Source of the DNA: Methanoculleus sp.
GTDB taxonomy: Archaea > Halobacteriota > Methanomicrobia > Methanomicrobiales > Methanoculleaceae
DNA: 64,000 nt
Assembly: GCA_036794525.1 (NCBI GenBank)
Contig: DAIRGM010000009.1
Location: 779 to 64,778, forward strand
Direction: 5' to 3'
The translations under genes were made by a program, and so were the position numbers. A model generated the notes under the pieces. That model saw nothing but the letters and a program-made list of their open reading frames with translations. It was not told the DNA's origin and did no database searches. Of the stretch, positions 18,640-28,093 are shown piece after piece. How positions within the stretch are numbered: the first letter of the stretch is position 1; each line of letters starts with the position of its first letter.

Positions 18640-19013
18640 TGGAGATGATACAGGGTGTACAAATCGACCTGATCTCTGCGGAACGTCTCGATCGCCTCAC
18701 GTCGATGGAGAAGATCCGCCTGATCCTCGATGACGTTATGGAAGGAAACATCGTCATCCTGGAGAAGGGCCTTGCGCCGGAGGAGCAGAGCAAGCTCATC
18801 GAGATCACGATGCGGGAGATCGCGCCGGACGGGTTCTCCGGGATCGAGATGGAGACCTATCCGATCAAGGATGCCCAGGGCGGGTTCCTGGCGAAACTTC
18901 TCGGTGGGAAACGCTCCGAGTCCCGTTTGACCGTGATCGGGCCGGCGAACCAGCTCAAGACGCTCAAGAAGGAGAAGGATCTCATCAGTGCATGGGTCTC
19001 CTCGTCGAGATGA
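18636..19013 (+). CDS. conserved archaeal protein (DUF2073-like), coupled to the GTPase
   Basis: 125 aa. 4-nt overlap with the GTPase stop. The family name is from memory of the archaeal GTPase/DUF2073/Zn-ribbon neighbourhood and was not verified. Confidence 0.55.
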   Translation: MMEMIQGVQIDLISAERLDRLTSMEKIRLILDDVMEGNIVILEKGLAPEEQSKLIEITMREIAPDGFSGIEMETYPIKDAQGGFLAKLLGGKRSESRLTVIGPANQLKTLKKEKDLISAWVSSSR

Positions 19014-19034
19014 ACGGATACCGGCGGTGAAGGT

Positions 19035-19412
19035 ATGCCTCACAAGTGCACACAATGCGGCAGGGAGTTCGAAGACGGTTCGACGAAGATACTGAAAGGA
19101 TGCCCGAGTTGCGGCGGAAAGAAGTTTCTCTACATCCGTGAGGCCGAACGGCACGACGACGTTCTGAAGGAGAAGACCATCGACGAGATCGCCCAGGAGA
19201 CGGGCGAGGAAGTGCTCGAGGTCAAGCCGGACCTCCGGAAAATGGAGGAGATCGAGGTCTTCGAGCGTATCGAGAGCATCCGCATCCTCGGCCCGGGTTC
19301 GTACGAACTGAACATCGATAAGCTGGCCCGGTCGGACGAGGTCGTCGTCGGACTGGAAAAAGAAGGTAAATACGTTGTGGATATCCTCTCCATGGCCAAG
19401 AAGAAGAAATGA
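19035..19412 (+). CDS. Zn-ribbon-containing protein (DUF2072-like)
   Basis: 125 aa. N-terminal CTQCG..(13 aa)..CPSCGG zinc ribbon, then a charged C-terminal region. Confidence 0.6.
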   Translation: MPHKCTQCGREFEDGSTKILKGCPSCGGKKFLYIREAERHDDVLKEKTIDEIAQETGEEVLEVKPDLRKMEEIEVFERIESIRILGPGSYELNIDKLARSDEVVVGLEKEGKYVVDILSMAKKKK

Positions 19413-19671
19413 TACGGTATCCGCCGCTTTAAATAGGGGGGCGGGCGCTGCTTCGATAGCATCTCGCCCCCAACCGAAATTATAAATATCCTCAGAACCC
19501 TTTTGAGTTACATCACGTAATCCGACACTCAATGACGCAGGTCGGAGCGACGGTTTCCCGCACGAGAACATGAAACTCTCATGAACCTTTGCGTAGATCG
19601 GATTTCATTCGCGATCTCTGCTCTCGTGCACCTGTCCCCGGCTGTTAGCGGATTGTTTCCTGCACTGGAGA

Positions 19672-20856
19672 GTGTCGGCTGGGAGGTACTCCATGAACAC
19701 GACATACGATATCCAAAATACGATCGGGGGGGAGACCGTGAACCCGATCTATCTCTCATCGCTCGATTCGGTTCCCGGTATCGGTCCGGAGGAGCGCGCC
19801 CGCCTTGCGGAGGTGACCGACCTCTTTGCATTCCGTGCGAACGACTATTACCTCTCGCTGATCGACTGGGACGATCCGGCCGACCCTATCCGCCGGCTGA
19901 TCGTGCCGACCGTCGAGGAGCTTGAGCCCTGGGGAGATCTTGATCCGTCGTCGGAGCACCGGTATACCCGGACTCCGGGGCTGCAGCATAAATACCGTGA
20001 GACGGCTCTCCTGCTCGTGAGCGAGATCTGCGGCGGCCTCTGCCGCTACTGTTTCCGCAAGCGCCTCTTCATCGAGGAGGCGCGCGAGGTGAACAAGGAG
20101 ATATCCGTTGGGCTCGCCTACATCCGGGATCATCCGGAGATCACGAACGTCCTCCTTACGGGGGGCGATCCCCTCTTCCTCGAGACCGGCAGGCTGCTCG
20201 ATATCGTCCGGCGGATCCGGGAGATCGATCACGTCGGGATCATCCGGATCGGCACGAAGATGCCGGCATACAATCCTTACCGGATCACGAACGATCCGGC
20301 GCTACTCGACATGATCCGGGACTACAGCATGGATGAGAAGCGTATCTACATCATGGCGCAGTTCAACCACCCGAGGGAACTGACCGATGCCGCGTGCCGG
20401 GCGATTGCTCTCCTGCAGGACGCGGGAGCGGTCGTGATGAACCAGACGCCGCTCATCCGCGGCATCAACGACGATCCGGAGGTTCTCTCCGCGCTCTTCG
20501 ACAAACTCTCGTTCATCGGCGCGAACCCCTACTACGTCTTCCAGTGCCGTCCGGCGGTCGGGAACCGGACGTTTGCGGTGCCGGTGGAGGAGTCCTACCG
20601 GATATTCGAGCAGGCCCGGTCGAGGTGTTCGGGGCTTGCGAAACGGGCACGGTTCGTGATCTCCCACGCAACGGGGAAGATCGAGGTGCTCGGGAAGACG
20701 GACCGGCACACCTACTTCAAGTACAACCAGGCGGCTGACCCGGGGGATATCGGGCGGTTCATGGCCTATAAGAGCAACCCGGACGCCTACTGGTTCGACG
20801 ACTATACGGAACTGGTGGACGAGGGGCGGTTGAGGGAGCCGGAGGATCTGGTGTAA
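19672..20856 (+). CDS. KamA-family radical SAM protein (lysine 2,3-aminomutase-like)
   Basis: 394 aa. CGGLCRYCFRKR (CxxxCxxC) in KamA-type context (..LLLVSEIC.., ..VLLTGGDPL..). The start could instead be the Met at 19693. No ablB-like acetyltransferase is adjacent. Confidence 0.8.
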   Translation: MSAGRYSMNTTYDIQNTIGGETVNPIYLSSLDSVPGIGPEERARLAEVTDLFAFRANDYYLSLIDWDDPADPIRRLIVPTVEELEPWGDLDPSSEHRYTRTPGLQHKYRETALLLVSEICGGLCRYCFRKRLFIEEAREVNKEISVGLAYIRDHPEITNVLLTGGDPLFLETGRLLDIVRRIREIDHVGIIRIGTKMPAYNPYRITNDPALLDMIRDYSMDEKRIYIMAQFNHPRELTDAACRAIALLQDAGAVVMNQTPLIRGINDDPEVLSALFDKLSFIGANPYYVFQCRPAVGNRTFAVPVEESYRIFEQARSRCSGLAKRARFVISHATGKIEVLGKTDRHTYFKYNQAADPGDIGRFMAYKSNPDAYWFDDYTELVDEGRLREPEDLV

Positions 20857-21034
20857 GATGCCCCGGGCCTGTCGTCTTCGCCGGATGCGGGGTACACGCT
20901 GAGGTGAAGAGGAGGTTTGGGCTCCCGGCCGTATCCTCCGTCCCCGCCAGCGAGATGCTGTCCGGAAATTTTGCAGGGCGGTTTCCCGGAGCAGCCCAGA
21001 ATCTCACACAGAGTGGGAGACCCTGGTGGAGGCA

Positions 21035-23218
21035 TCACCCGAGCGTGTAACCGGTGATTGATCCTTCGAAATAGACCTTCTCCGGGCGATTGTTCAGATT
21101 CATCACCCCATCTTTTCTGGGCATCAGGTTGTAGAGGGTAATTTGACGGTTATCGTCAACATGATTGATAATGGGTGTACCGCCCACCGTGAACTCTGTC
21201 CATGCATTGACCGGTGGTACGTTCAGCGTCAGCGTCGAGACGAGGTCTTCGTGGCTCGGGATCCAGATTCCACCGTCTTCGTTGATTTTGCCGGTTCCGC
21301 TCTCGTCGCCGTTAATGAAGAGCGTTACATCGTCGTAGGCAAATGTTGCGATCCCCGATTTACTCATGTAGATCTTGCCTTTTCCGCTAGTTCCGATGGC
21401 CAGTTTTACCATGTCGCCGATCTCAAGGTCGTGTTGCGTACCCCCTATCGTCACTTTGGAGTTGGCTCCGGTCACCCTGAACTCGAGGTAACCACCCTGC
21501 ATGAGAGTGCCCGACTTTCCGTCCGCTGTGTTGAGCAGGGTGTCGTGCCGGAGTGAAGATGGAGTGACGGTGATGTATCCTGTCTTTGTTTCGGTGTCGG
21601 AGGCTCCAGCCCTGGTTACGGTCAGGCTGACGGTGTAGGTTCCCGGCGCCGTGTAGGTATGGGTTGGGTGCTGGTCGATCGATGTGTTACCGTCGCCGAA
21701 GTCCCAGGACCAGGAGCCTGGGGCGCCGGTGGAGGTGTCGGTGAACGCAACGGTGAGCGGGGCGAGGCCGGAGGTGACGTTCGCGGTGAAGTTTGCAACC
21801 GGGGGGAACCCGACGTTGATGTACGCGGTCTTGCTCTCGGTATCCTCACCATATGCGTTGCTCGCTGTCAGGGTGACGGTATACGTGCCTGGCACCGCGT
21901 AGGTGTGCTGGGGGCTCTGCTCGGGCGACGTCCCGCCGTCGCCGAAGTCCCAGTACCACCTGGTCGGCCCACCCGTGGAAGCGTCGGTGAACTGCACCTC
22001 AAGAGGTGCGGTGCCGTTCAGCGGTGTTGCGGTGAAGTCTGCAGAGACCTGCACCGTGCCCTGGCAGAAGGAGTCGACAGGTTTGCGCTCGAAGTCGGGC
22101 GACGACCACTCGAGGTAAAGGACGGCCGCTCCGTTGCCTTCGAACATCTTCACCTTGATGGGGTGCGACCCGGCGGAGAGATAGATCGAACTGTTCATCT
22201 CCTCCGGAGAGTGGTAACCCCAGTTGTCGATCAGGGGGTCGGCATCCTCGGCCACAGCATCGATCCAGAGGCACGATCCGTCGTCGGAGGTGAGGTAGAA
22301 GGTGTATGTGGCATCCGTTGGAACGAGCAGGTAACCCTCATAGACGACGCTGAACTGATCGGTTTTGCCGAGAGTGCTGTTGGGCCAGTTCTCTTCGTCG
22401 GAGTCATAACGGTATATTCTCCCGGCCTCCGCGTCGGCGAACCGGAGTTTCTGATCGATCCTCTGGACCGGCGTGCCTTTGAAATCCATAGTCGGGTAGT
22501 AGGTGCCGAGAAGACCCGGGGACGAGCAGCCGTAGACGACGATGTATCCTGTCTTCGTCTCGATGTCGCTGCCGGCCGCATTCGCTACCGTCAAGGTGAC
22601 GGTGTAGGTGCCCGGTGCCGTGTAGATGTGGGTTGGGTTCTGCAGTGTCGACGTCCCGCCGTCGCCGAAGTTCCAGAGCCATGAGGTCGGGGTATGGAGC
22701 GATGTGTCGTTGAACTGGACGGCGAGGGGTGCGGTGCCACTGGTGACATTCGCGGTGAATTTTGCATCCGGGGGCACTGTCGTAGGTGCCGTTGTCGTAG
22801 GCCTAGCCGTAGGCTCCGCTGTACCGATCTCGTGGAGGAGCCAGTCGCTGCCGGTGCGACTCACGCCTTCTCCGACGATCTGGACATAAGCACCCTCAGA
22901 CAGATCACTATCGAAGATGAGGATCTGCCCTGTTTCCCACGTTGTCCAGCTGAAATCGCCATCGAGGCTGAAATTATCCGTCCGGTCGACGCCGTCGACG
23001 AGGATTGTGAAGTGCCCCCGTATGAGGGGGTCACCGCCGTCGTGGGAGAGAGAGAGTTTCCCATCTTCCCCCGTCACGTTACGGGCGATCATCGCGGGCG
23101 CCGCGTCGCCGGGTGGGATGGAAAGGAGCGCCACCCCGACTATCGCTGTCGCCGTCACGAAGACGGCGATGAGGGCCATGACAGCGATGAGGTCAGAGGC
23201 GGCGGTGTCGGAGTTCAT
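21035..23218 (-). CDS. archaeal type-IV-pilin-like (class III signal peptide) surface protein with PKD repeats and a PA14 domain
   Basis: 727 aa. N-terminus ..AASDLIAVMALIAVFVTATAIVGVALL (DUF1628-type pilin N-terminus). At least three PKD-like units (..F.DTS.G.P.SW.WDFGDG.TS....P.H.Y..PGTYTV.LT..). Between them a PA14-like segment (GLLGTYYPTMDFKGTPV..). Confidence 0.8.
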   Translation of the reverse strand: MNSDTAASDLIAVMALIAVFVTATAIVGVALLSIPPGDAAPAMIARNVTGEDGKLSLSHDGGDPLIRGHFTILVDGVDRTDNFSLDGDFSWTTWETGQILIFDSDLSEGAYVQIVGEGVSRTGSDWLLHEIGTAEPTARPTTTAPTTVPPDAKFTANVTSGTAPLAVQFNDTSLHTPTSWLWNFGDGGTSTLQNPTHIYTAPGTYTVTLTVANAAGSDIETKTGYIVVYGCSSPGLLGTYYPTMDFKGTPVQRIDQKLRFADAEAGRIYRYDSDEENWPNSTLGKTDQFSVVYEGYLLVPTDATYTFYLTSDDGSCLWIDAVAEDADPLIDNWGYHSPEEMNSSIYLSAGSHPIKVKMFEGNGAAVLYLEWSSPDFERKPVDSFCQGTVQVSADFTATPLNGTAPLEVQFTDASTGGPTRWYWDFGDGGTSPEQSPQHTYAVPGTYTVTLTASNAYGEDTESKTAYINVGFPPVANFTANVTSGLAPLTVAFTDTSTGAPGSWSWDFGDGNTSIDQHPTHTYTAPGTYTVSLTVTRAGASDTETKTGYITVTPSSLRHDTLLNTADGKSGTLMQGGYLEFRVTGANSKVTIGGTQHDLEIGDMVKLAIGTSGKGKIYMSKSGIATFAYDDVTLFINGDESGTGKINEDGGIWIPSHEDLVSTLTLNVPPVNAWTEFTVGGTPIINHVDDNRQITLYNLMPRKDGVMNLNNRPEKVYFEGSITGYTLG

Positions 23219-23246
23219 GTTGATCCTGCCTGGTTTTCTTTTGGAC

Positions 23247-24608
23247 TCAGAACGGGTAGTCTGCGGGATTGCTGATGTACTGGTCTATGTTCTTGAAGGT
23301 GACCTTTGTATTGCCGTTGATGATGAAGAACCCGTCGCGGGCGATGACGACCCCCTCGAGGAAGGCCCCCTCAAAAGTCACCTTTCCGTTGGGAGCGAAG
23401 AAGATGCCAGTGACACCGCTACTTCCCATCCCGGTTATGGTGATGTCGCCGGTGCGTGCGATGATGATGACGTTTTCTGCCGTGTTTCTCCAAGATGTGG
23501 AGGAGTAACTGGGGGCAAATATCCTCAGGTTATTCGTCAGGATTCCGTTTTGGTCATACTCTTTTGCAGTGTACCATTCAGCGGGTTTCGTGGAGGGTAT
23601 CCCCTGATCCGGCATGGTGAATCCCGGGAAGGGTGTCTGATCAGTGCAGTGATCAAGCGTGCTGGAATCAACACCCGGAAGCAGATTGATATTGCCGGTA
23701 CAGTAAATATGTGCACCATCCACAAAACTGATTACATTCCTTCGTAGCGTGACATCTCCATTAACATACACGTCATCATGTATGATGACGCCTCCCAGAT
23801 CGCAGTCGCCGTTAACGTATACTTTGCCGTAAATATTTCTATTTCCTCCAAGGAGCACCAGATCTCCGTTGATATATATAGCGCCGGGCGCCTCCTCTGA
23901 TCCCAGACTGGCACTCCCACTATCCTTGCTAACGCTGCCGTTGATGTAGATGTTCGATACGCTGATGCCACCATTGCCTCCAAGATCCTCTGGCTCCAAA
24001 CCCCTAGTTATAACGATTGTTGCTCCCGGGCCTATGACGTTCACACTTCCCTTTCCTGTTCCTTCCCCTATGCTAAGAGTGGTGCCGTAGACGAAGACGT
24101 TCTCATTGATGACGAAATCGACGAAGGATTCTTCCGGCTCATCATCTCCGTTCGTATCCCCCGGCTCCACCGGGTCCGTGGAGAACTTTGCCCCTCCTCC
24201 TACGAAGGCCGGCTCAGAAAGGATCGTCTCGCTGCCGCCCGATATCACGGTCACGACCACCCTCCTTGGCGTCTCCGTGCCGGTATAGTTGATGCTCTCA
24301 CCGATAGACCAGATGCCGCCCTCGGGTTTGGAAAAATCACTGGTCCTCTCCACAAGTCCGCTCGGTGTGTCAATGTAGATCCGGTACTCCCCCGCTCTCA
24401 GGGGGTCGCCCCCCTCGTGGGCGAGGATGAGTTTGCCGCTCGTATTCCCTGCGGCGATGGCTGCATGGGGAATCTCGTCCGGTTGGGGGCTGGAAAGAAA
24501 GATGGCCGCCACGATCGCCACGCCAAGGACGGTTAGGCCGACCAGGAGCATGACCCCGACAACCTCGGAGACGCCTTCTTCACCGCGATGTTGTCTCATA
24601 CCATTCAC
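23247..24608 (-). CDS. archaeal type-IV-pilin-like protein with beta-helical (bactofilin-like) repeat domain
   Basis: 453 aa. N-terminus ..EEGVSEVVGVMLLVGLTVLGVAIVAAIF. Internal repeats NIYINGSV / AIYINGDL / KVYVNGDC / DVYVNGDV / HIYCTGNI. Confidence 0.7.
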   Translation of the reverse strand: MNGMRQHRGEEGVSEVVGVMLLVGLTVLGVAIVAAIFLSSPQPDEIPHAAIAAGNTSGKLILAHEGGDPLRAGEYRIYIDTPSGLVERTSDFSKPEGGIWSIGESINYTGTETPRRVVVTVISGGSETILSEPAFVGGGAKFSTDPVEPGDTNGDDEPEESFVDFVINENVFVYGTTLSIGEGTGKGSVNVIGPGATIVITRGLEPEDLGGNGGISVSNIYINGSVSKDSGSASLGSEEAPGAIYINGDLVLLGGNRNIYGKVYVNGDCDLGGVIIHDDVYVNGDVTLRRNVISFVDGAHIYCTGNINLLPGVDSSTLDHCTDQTPFPGFTMPDQGIPSTKPAEWYTAKEYDQNGILTNNLRIFAPSYSSTSWRNTAENVIIIARTGDITITGMGSSGVTGIFFAPNGKVTFEGAFLEGVVIARDGFFIINGNTKVTFKNIDQYISNPADYPF

Positions 24609-25534
24609 TCCACCAGTGACGCTGCGTTGTAGATCGTCACCGTGAAGTTCGATGGATACACGGTGAGGAATACGTATTTGTTTTCTGTCGGATCGCCATC
24701 TGCCACCGGGTTGATGGTAAGTCGGACCTTGTTCTCACTCAGTAACTCGGGCACAAGCAACGAAGTGACATTCTCATCAGTCGCCCTTAGCCGGATCTCA
24801 TCAAAAGCTCTCTTCCAGGCCCCGGCTGCCTTAGCGTCGCCGGCCTCAATGGTCAGATTCACCTGGGTATAGGGAACGTCAAGGATGGGCGGATCGCTCT
24901 TGCGCATCCGTGTCTCGACCCGCACCGGCCCCGATCCCGAGATCATATTCATATCTGAGCCCTCAAGGCTGATCGGGGCTACGGTGAGGCTGACATTGTC
25001 ATCCCTCGTCTTCGCCACCGCGATCGAAGGCCCGACCCGCACCGTCGTCCCCCCTTCCTGAGAGAGGAAGACCGCGCCTCCCTGGTAGGTCCAGGTCTGG
25101 TCCACCCAGTAGTTGTTCGAGGATCGGTAGGAGAGGCTCCCGAGGCGGATGGTCTCCGGTTCCTTCCCTGCAGCCTCAATCGTCAGATTTGCCCCGCCGC
25201 TCTCTACCGAGACCGTCCCCCCCGATCCTGCGGGGGTGAGGATCGGGAGCGCGAAGGCGCTGCCCCCGGTCGCTCCCGGCCCCGTCCCGAGGTCGAACGT
25301 CGTCGAGAGGAGCACCCCGCTCCTCTCGTTCACCCACAGTGAATCGAGAGCAATCTTATAGTCCACGAACCGGTCCTTCACCTGGTTCATGTGCGCAATC
25401 TCATTCTCTCTTCCCGCAGCCGGGACGCCGTAGACCTGGTAGAGCGAGAGCGCCACGACGATCAGGGCGAGGAGCAGGACGAAACCGACGACCTCGGAGA
25501 GGCCGTCATCACGTGCGCACAGCGGCATAGTCAA
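24605..25534 (-). CDS. archaeal type-IV-pilin-like protein
   Basis: 309 aa. N-terminus ..DDGLSEVVGFVLLLALIVVALSLY, then a beta-rich extracellular region. 4-nt overlap with the downstream gene. Confidence 0.7.
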   Translation of the reverse strand: MTMPLCARDDGLSEVVGFVLLLALIVVALSLYQVYGVPAAGRENEIAHMNQVKDRFVDYKIALDSLWVNERSGVLLSTTFDLGTGPGATGGSAFALPILTPAGSGGTVSVESGGANLTIEAAGKEPETIRLGSLSYRSSNNYWVDQTWTYQGGAVFLSQEGGTTVRVGPSIAVAKTRDDNVSLTVAPISLEGSDMNMISGSGPVRVETRMRKSDPPILDVPYTQVNLTIEAGDAKAAGAWKRAFDEIRLRATDENVTSLLVPELLSENKVRLTINPVADGDPTENKYVFLTVYPSNFTVTIYNAASLVE

Positions 25535-25709
25535 AGTAATTCTCTACGTGAAGTCTATATTTAGTTATTGCTTGCCATCGCCGCAGCTCTATCAGCGGTT
25601 CTCAAAACGATGACGTATCCTTCGATTTTGTGCTCGCATTCGCCCTTCTCGGCCGTCTCTCATCTCACCATCAAACCTTTTCATCTCCGCCCGCCATTAT
25701 TACTACGAC

Positions 25710-26720
25710 ATGCCACAGGACTCAGGAATAGCCCCGGACGGAGTATCCCTCTCCCCGGGCTGCGTCCTCTGCCACCTGGGAGCGAAGATGGTTCTCTTCG
25801 TGACCGGCCGGTGTCGCCGCACCTGCTGGTACTGCCCGCTCTCGCGTGAGCGAAAAGGCCGGGACGTGGTGTTTGCAAACGAACGGCAGGTCTCGTCGCC
25901 TTCTGAAGCCATCGAGGTCGCGGAGAGCATGAGCGCTCTCGGGACCGGCGTCACCGGCGGCGAACCCCTGATCGAACTCGACCGGGTGGTGGAGTACTGC
26001 CGCTCTCTCAAGGAGCACTTCGGCCCGGATCACCAGATCCACCTCTACACCGGCCTCGCCCCCGATGAGATCACGCTCCGGCGCCTGCAGGGGCTGGTCG
26101 ACGAGATCCGGCTCCACCCGCCCCACGAGGTCTGGCCCTGTATCCTCGAGACCGACTTCGCCCGTTCCGCCGTCCTCGCCCGGGAGAGGGGCTTCCTCAT
26201 CGGGATCGAGGTCCCGGCGCTCCCGGGGATCGAGGACCTCGCCGCCGCCCTCCCGCTCCTTGACTTTTTGAACATCAACGAACTCGAGTGGGGCGAGACC
26301 TGCGCCAACGCCATGCGCGACCGCGGGCTCGAACTCGAGGACGGCGTGCACAACGCCGTGAAGGGTGCCCGCCAGTGGGCGGAGAGACTCGCCGGCGACC
26401 CGAAAGTTCACTTCTGCTCGTCGGTCTTCAAGGACTCGGTCCAGCTACGGGAACGGTTAAAGCGGATCGCTGCCAACACTGCGCGTCCGTTCGAGGAGGT
26501 GACGGATGACGGAACCGTTGTCTACGGGGTGCTCGAGCCGGAAGGTGCCGTCGACGGATTCCTGGAGGGTCTCGATGACGATGAGTATGCAGTTTTTGAG
26601 GGGCGGATCGAGATGGCGTGGTGGGTGCTCACCGAACACGGCGCCGGGCTGCCGGGGAAGAAGTATGTCGTCGAGCGCTACCCGAACGGCGGCATGGTGG
26701 TCGAGGTGACGCCGCTCTGA
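25710..26720 (+). CDS. radical SAM domain protein (PFL-activase-related, COG2108-like)
   Basis: 336 aa. CRRTCWYC (CxxxCxxC) near the N-terminus, and ..VTGGEPL... The true start may be MVLFVTGRC (ATG 25788). Its stop overlaps the uppS start (TGATG). Confidence 0.7.
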   Translation: MPQDSGIAPDGVSLSPGCVLCHLGAKMVLFVTGRCRRTCWYCPLSRERKGRDVVFANERQVSSPSEAIEVAESMSALGTGVTGGEPLIELDRVVEYCRSLKEHFGPDHQIHLYTGLAPDEITLRRLQGLVDEIRLHPPHEVWPCILETDFARSAVLARERGFLIGIEVPALPGIEDLAAALPLLDFLNINELEWGETCANAMRDRGLELEDGVHNAVKGARQWAERLAGDPKVHFCSSVFKDSVQLRERLKRIAANTARPFEEVTDDGTVVYGVLEPEGAVDGFLEGLDDDEYAVFEGRIEMAWWVLTEHGAGLPGKKYVVERYPNGGMVVEVTPL

Positions 26721-27499
26721 TGTTGCGATCGGGGATCGAACCTCTCTACGAGCGTTACCTGAAGTGGCAGGTGAAGCACGTCCCCCGGCACGTCGCGGTG
26801 ATCCAGGACGGGAACCGCCGGTATGCCCGGGAACAGGGGCTCGATACAGCGGTCGGCCACCGGCTCGGGGCGGATGCGACCGAGCAGGTCCTCGACTGGG
26901 CGTGCGACCTCGGCGTGCAGCACATCACGCTCTACACCTTCTCCACGGAGAACTTCCGGAGGGATAGCCGCGAGCTCGAATCGCTCTTTCGCCTCTTCCG
27001 GGAGAAGTTCGCCGCGGTCATGAAGGACGAGCGGGTGCGCAGAAACCGCATCCGGGTGCAGATGATCGGCGATCGATCCCTCCTCCCTGCCGACCTCCTT
27101 GCGACCATCGATGCGGCGGAGGAGGCAACCCGGCAGTACAGCAACTACTTCATCAACATCGCGCTCGCCTACGGCGGCCGGAACGAGATCGTGCATGCCG
27201 CCCGGTCGATCCTCGACGAGGTCAGGCGGGGCGAGATCGATCCCGCGGCCATCGACCCCGACACCGTCGAGAGACACCTCAACCGGGGAGCGCCCATCCC
27301 CCCCGTCGACCTGATCATCCGCACCGGCAACGATTTCCGGACCTCGAACTTCCTCCCCTGGCTCGCGAACGGCCACGAGTCGGCCGTCTATTTCTGCGCC
27401 CCCTACTGGCCGGCGTTCAGGAAGATCGACCTTCTGCGGGCGATGCGGGTCTACGACCAGCGCATGCGCCTGAAAGAGCGCGTGGCCCGGCGGGCGTGA
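26720..27499 (+). CDS. uppS: cis-prenyltransferase, catalytic type (undecaprenyl-diphosphate-synthase family)
   Basis: ORF 26618..27499. UppS begins at MLRSGIE (ATG 26720). HVAVIQDGNRRYA catalytic motif and ..DLIIRTGNDFRTSNFLPW... The C-terminus (..YDQRMRLKERVARRA) lacks an RXG motif. Confidence 0.88.
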   Translation: MLRSGIEPLYERYLKWQVKHVPRHVAVIQDGNRRYAREQGLDTAVGHRLGADATEQVLDWACDLGVQHITLYTFSTENFRRDSRELESLFRLFREKFAAVMKDERVRRNRIRVQMIGDRSLLPADLLATIDAAEEATRQYSNYFINIALAYGGRNEIVHAARSILDEVRRGEIDPAAIDPDTVERHLNRGAPIPPVDLIIRTGNDFRTSNFLPWLANGHESAVYFCAPYWPAFRKIDLLRAMRVYDQRMRLKERVARRA

Positions 27500-27502
27500 G
27501 GG

Positions 27503-28093
27503 TCACTTCCCGAACCGCCGCGCCCGCGATTGGAAGTCCCGGAGCGCCCGGAGAAAATCCACTTTTCTGAGCAGCGCCCAGTTGACGTCGAGGAAGAAGA
27601 GTTCTGAGTAGACCGACTGCCAGATGAGGAAGTCGGTCAGGTGGTCGCCGCCGGTCTTGATGACGAGATCCGGCTCGTATTTGAAGGTGAGGTAGGACTC
27701 GAGCACGTCTTCGTCGACCGACTCCGGGTCCACCCCGTCCTCGGCCATCCTTCGGACGCACCCGGCGATCTCCTCCCGGCCGCTCTTGCCGATCGCCACC
27801 GTCACGTCCATGCCTTCGCCGCTGACCTCCTTCTCGTCGCGGTAGTGCAGGGTCAGGCAGGCGATCGAGGAGACCTCGCGAATCCGCGGGAGGCACCGTT
27901 CCAGCCGGGCGGGGTCGGCGGTGCTGATATGGAACGTGGCGCTCTTGATCCCGAGGTCGCGGCACCACCCGGCGGCACGGGAGAGGTTGCCGGGAGCATC
28001 GAGCATGTCCTGCTCGGTGATCATGAAGCAGACGTGCTCCGGGAGCGTCCGGAGATCGCGGAGGAGGATCTTCTCGTAGAACCTGTAGATCAT
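27503..28093 (-). CDS. cis-prenyltransferase-like protein lacking the DGNRR catalytic motif (putative non-catalytic partner subunit)
   Basis: ORF 27503..28153. Start set at MIYRFYEK (ATG 28093; ATGA overlap with the polX1 stop). HVCFMITEQDMLD replaces the H.A.I.DGNRR motif. The C-terminal half is conserved (DLVIKTGGDHLTDFLIWQSVYSELFF) and ends ..RARRFGK (RXG). Confidence 0.7.
   Translation of the reverse strand: MIYRFYEKILLRDLRTLPEHVCFMITEQDMLDAPGNLSRAAGWCRDLGIKSATFHISTADPARLERCLPRIREVSSIACLTLHYRDEKEVSGEGMDVTVAIGKSGREEIAGCVRRMAEDGVDPESVDEDVLESYLTFKYEPDLVIKTGGDHLTDFLIWQSVYSELFFLDVNWALLRKVDFLRALRDFQSRARRFGK

Noticed and set aside
19413-19671. Riboswitch or leader upstream of the KamA-family gene
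   Set aside because: Only a terminator-like GC hairpin after the Zn-ribbon gene and an AT-rich promoter-like stretch were seen. There is no recognisable riboswitch core.
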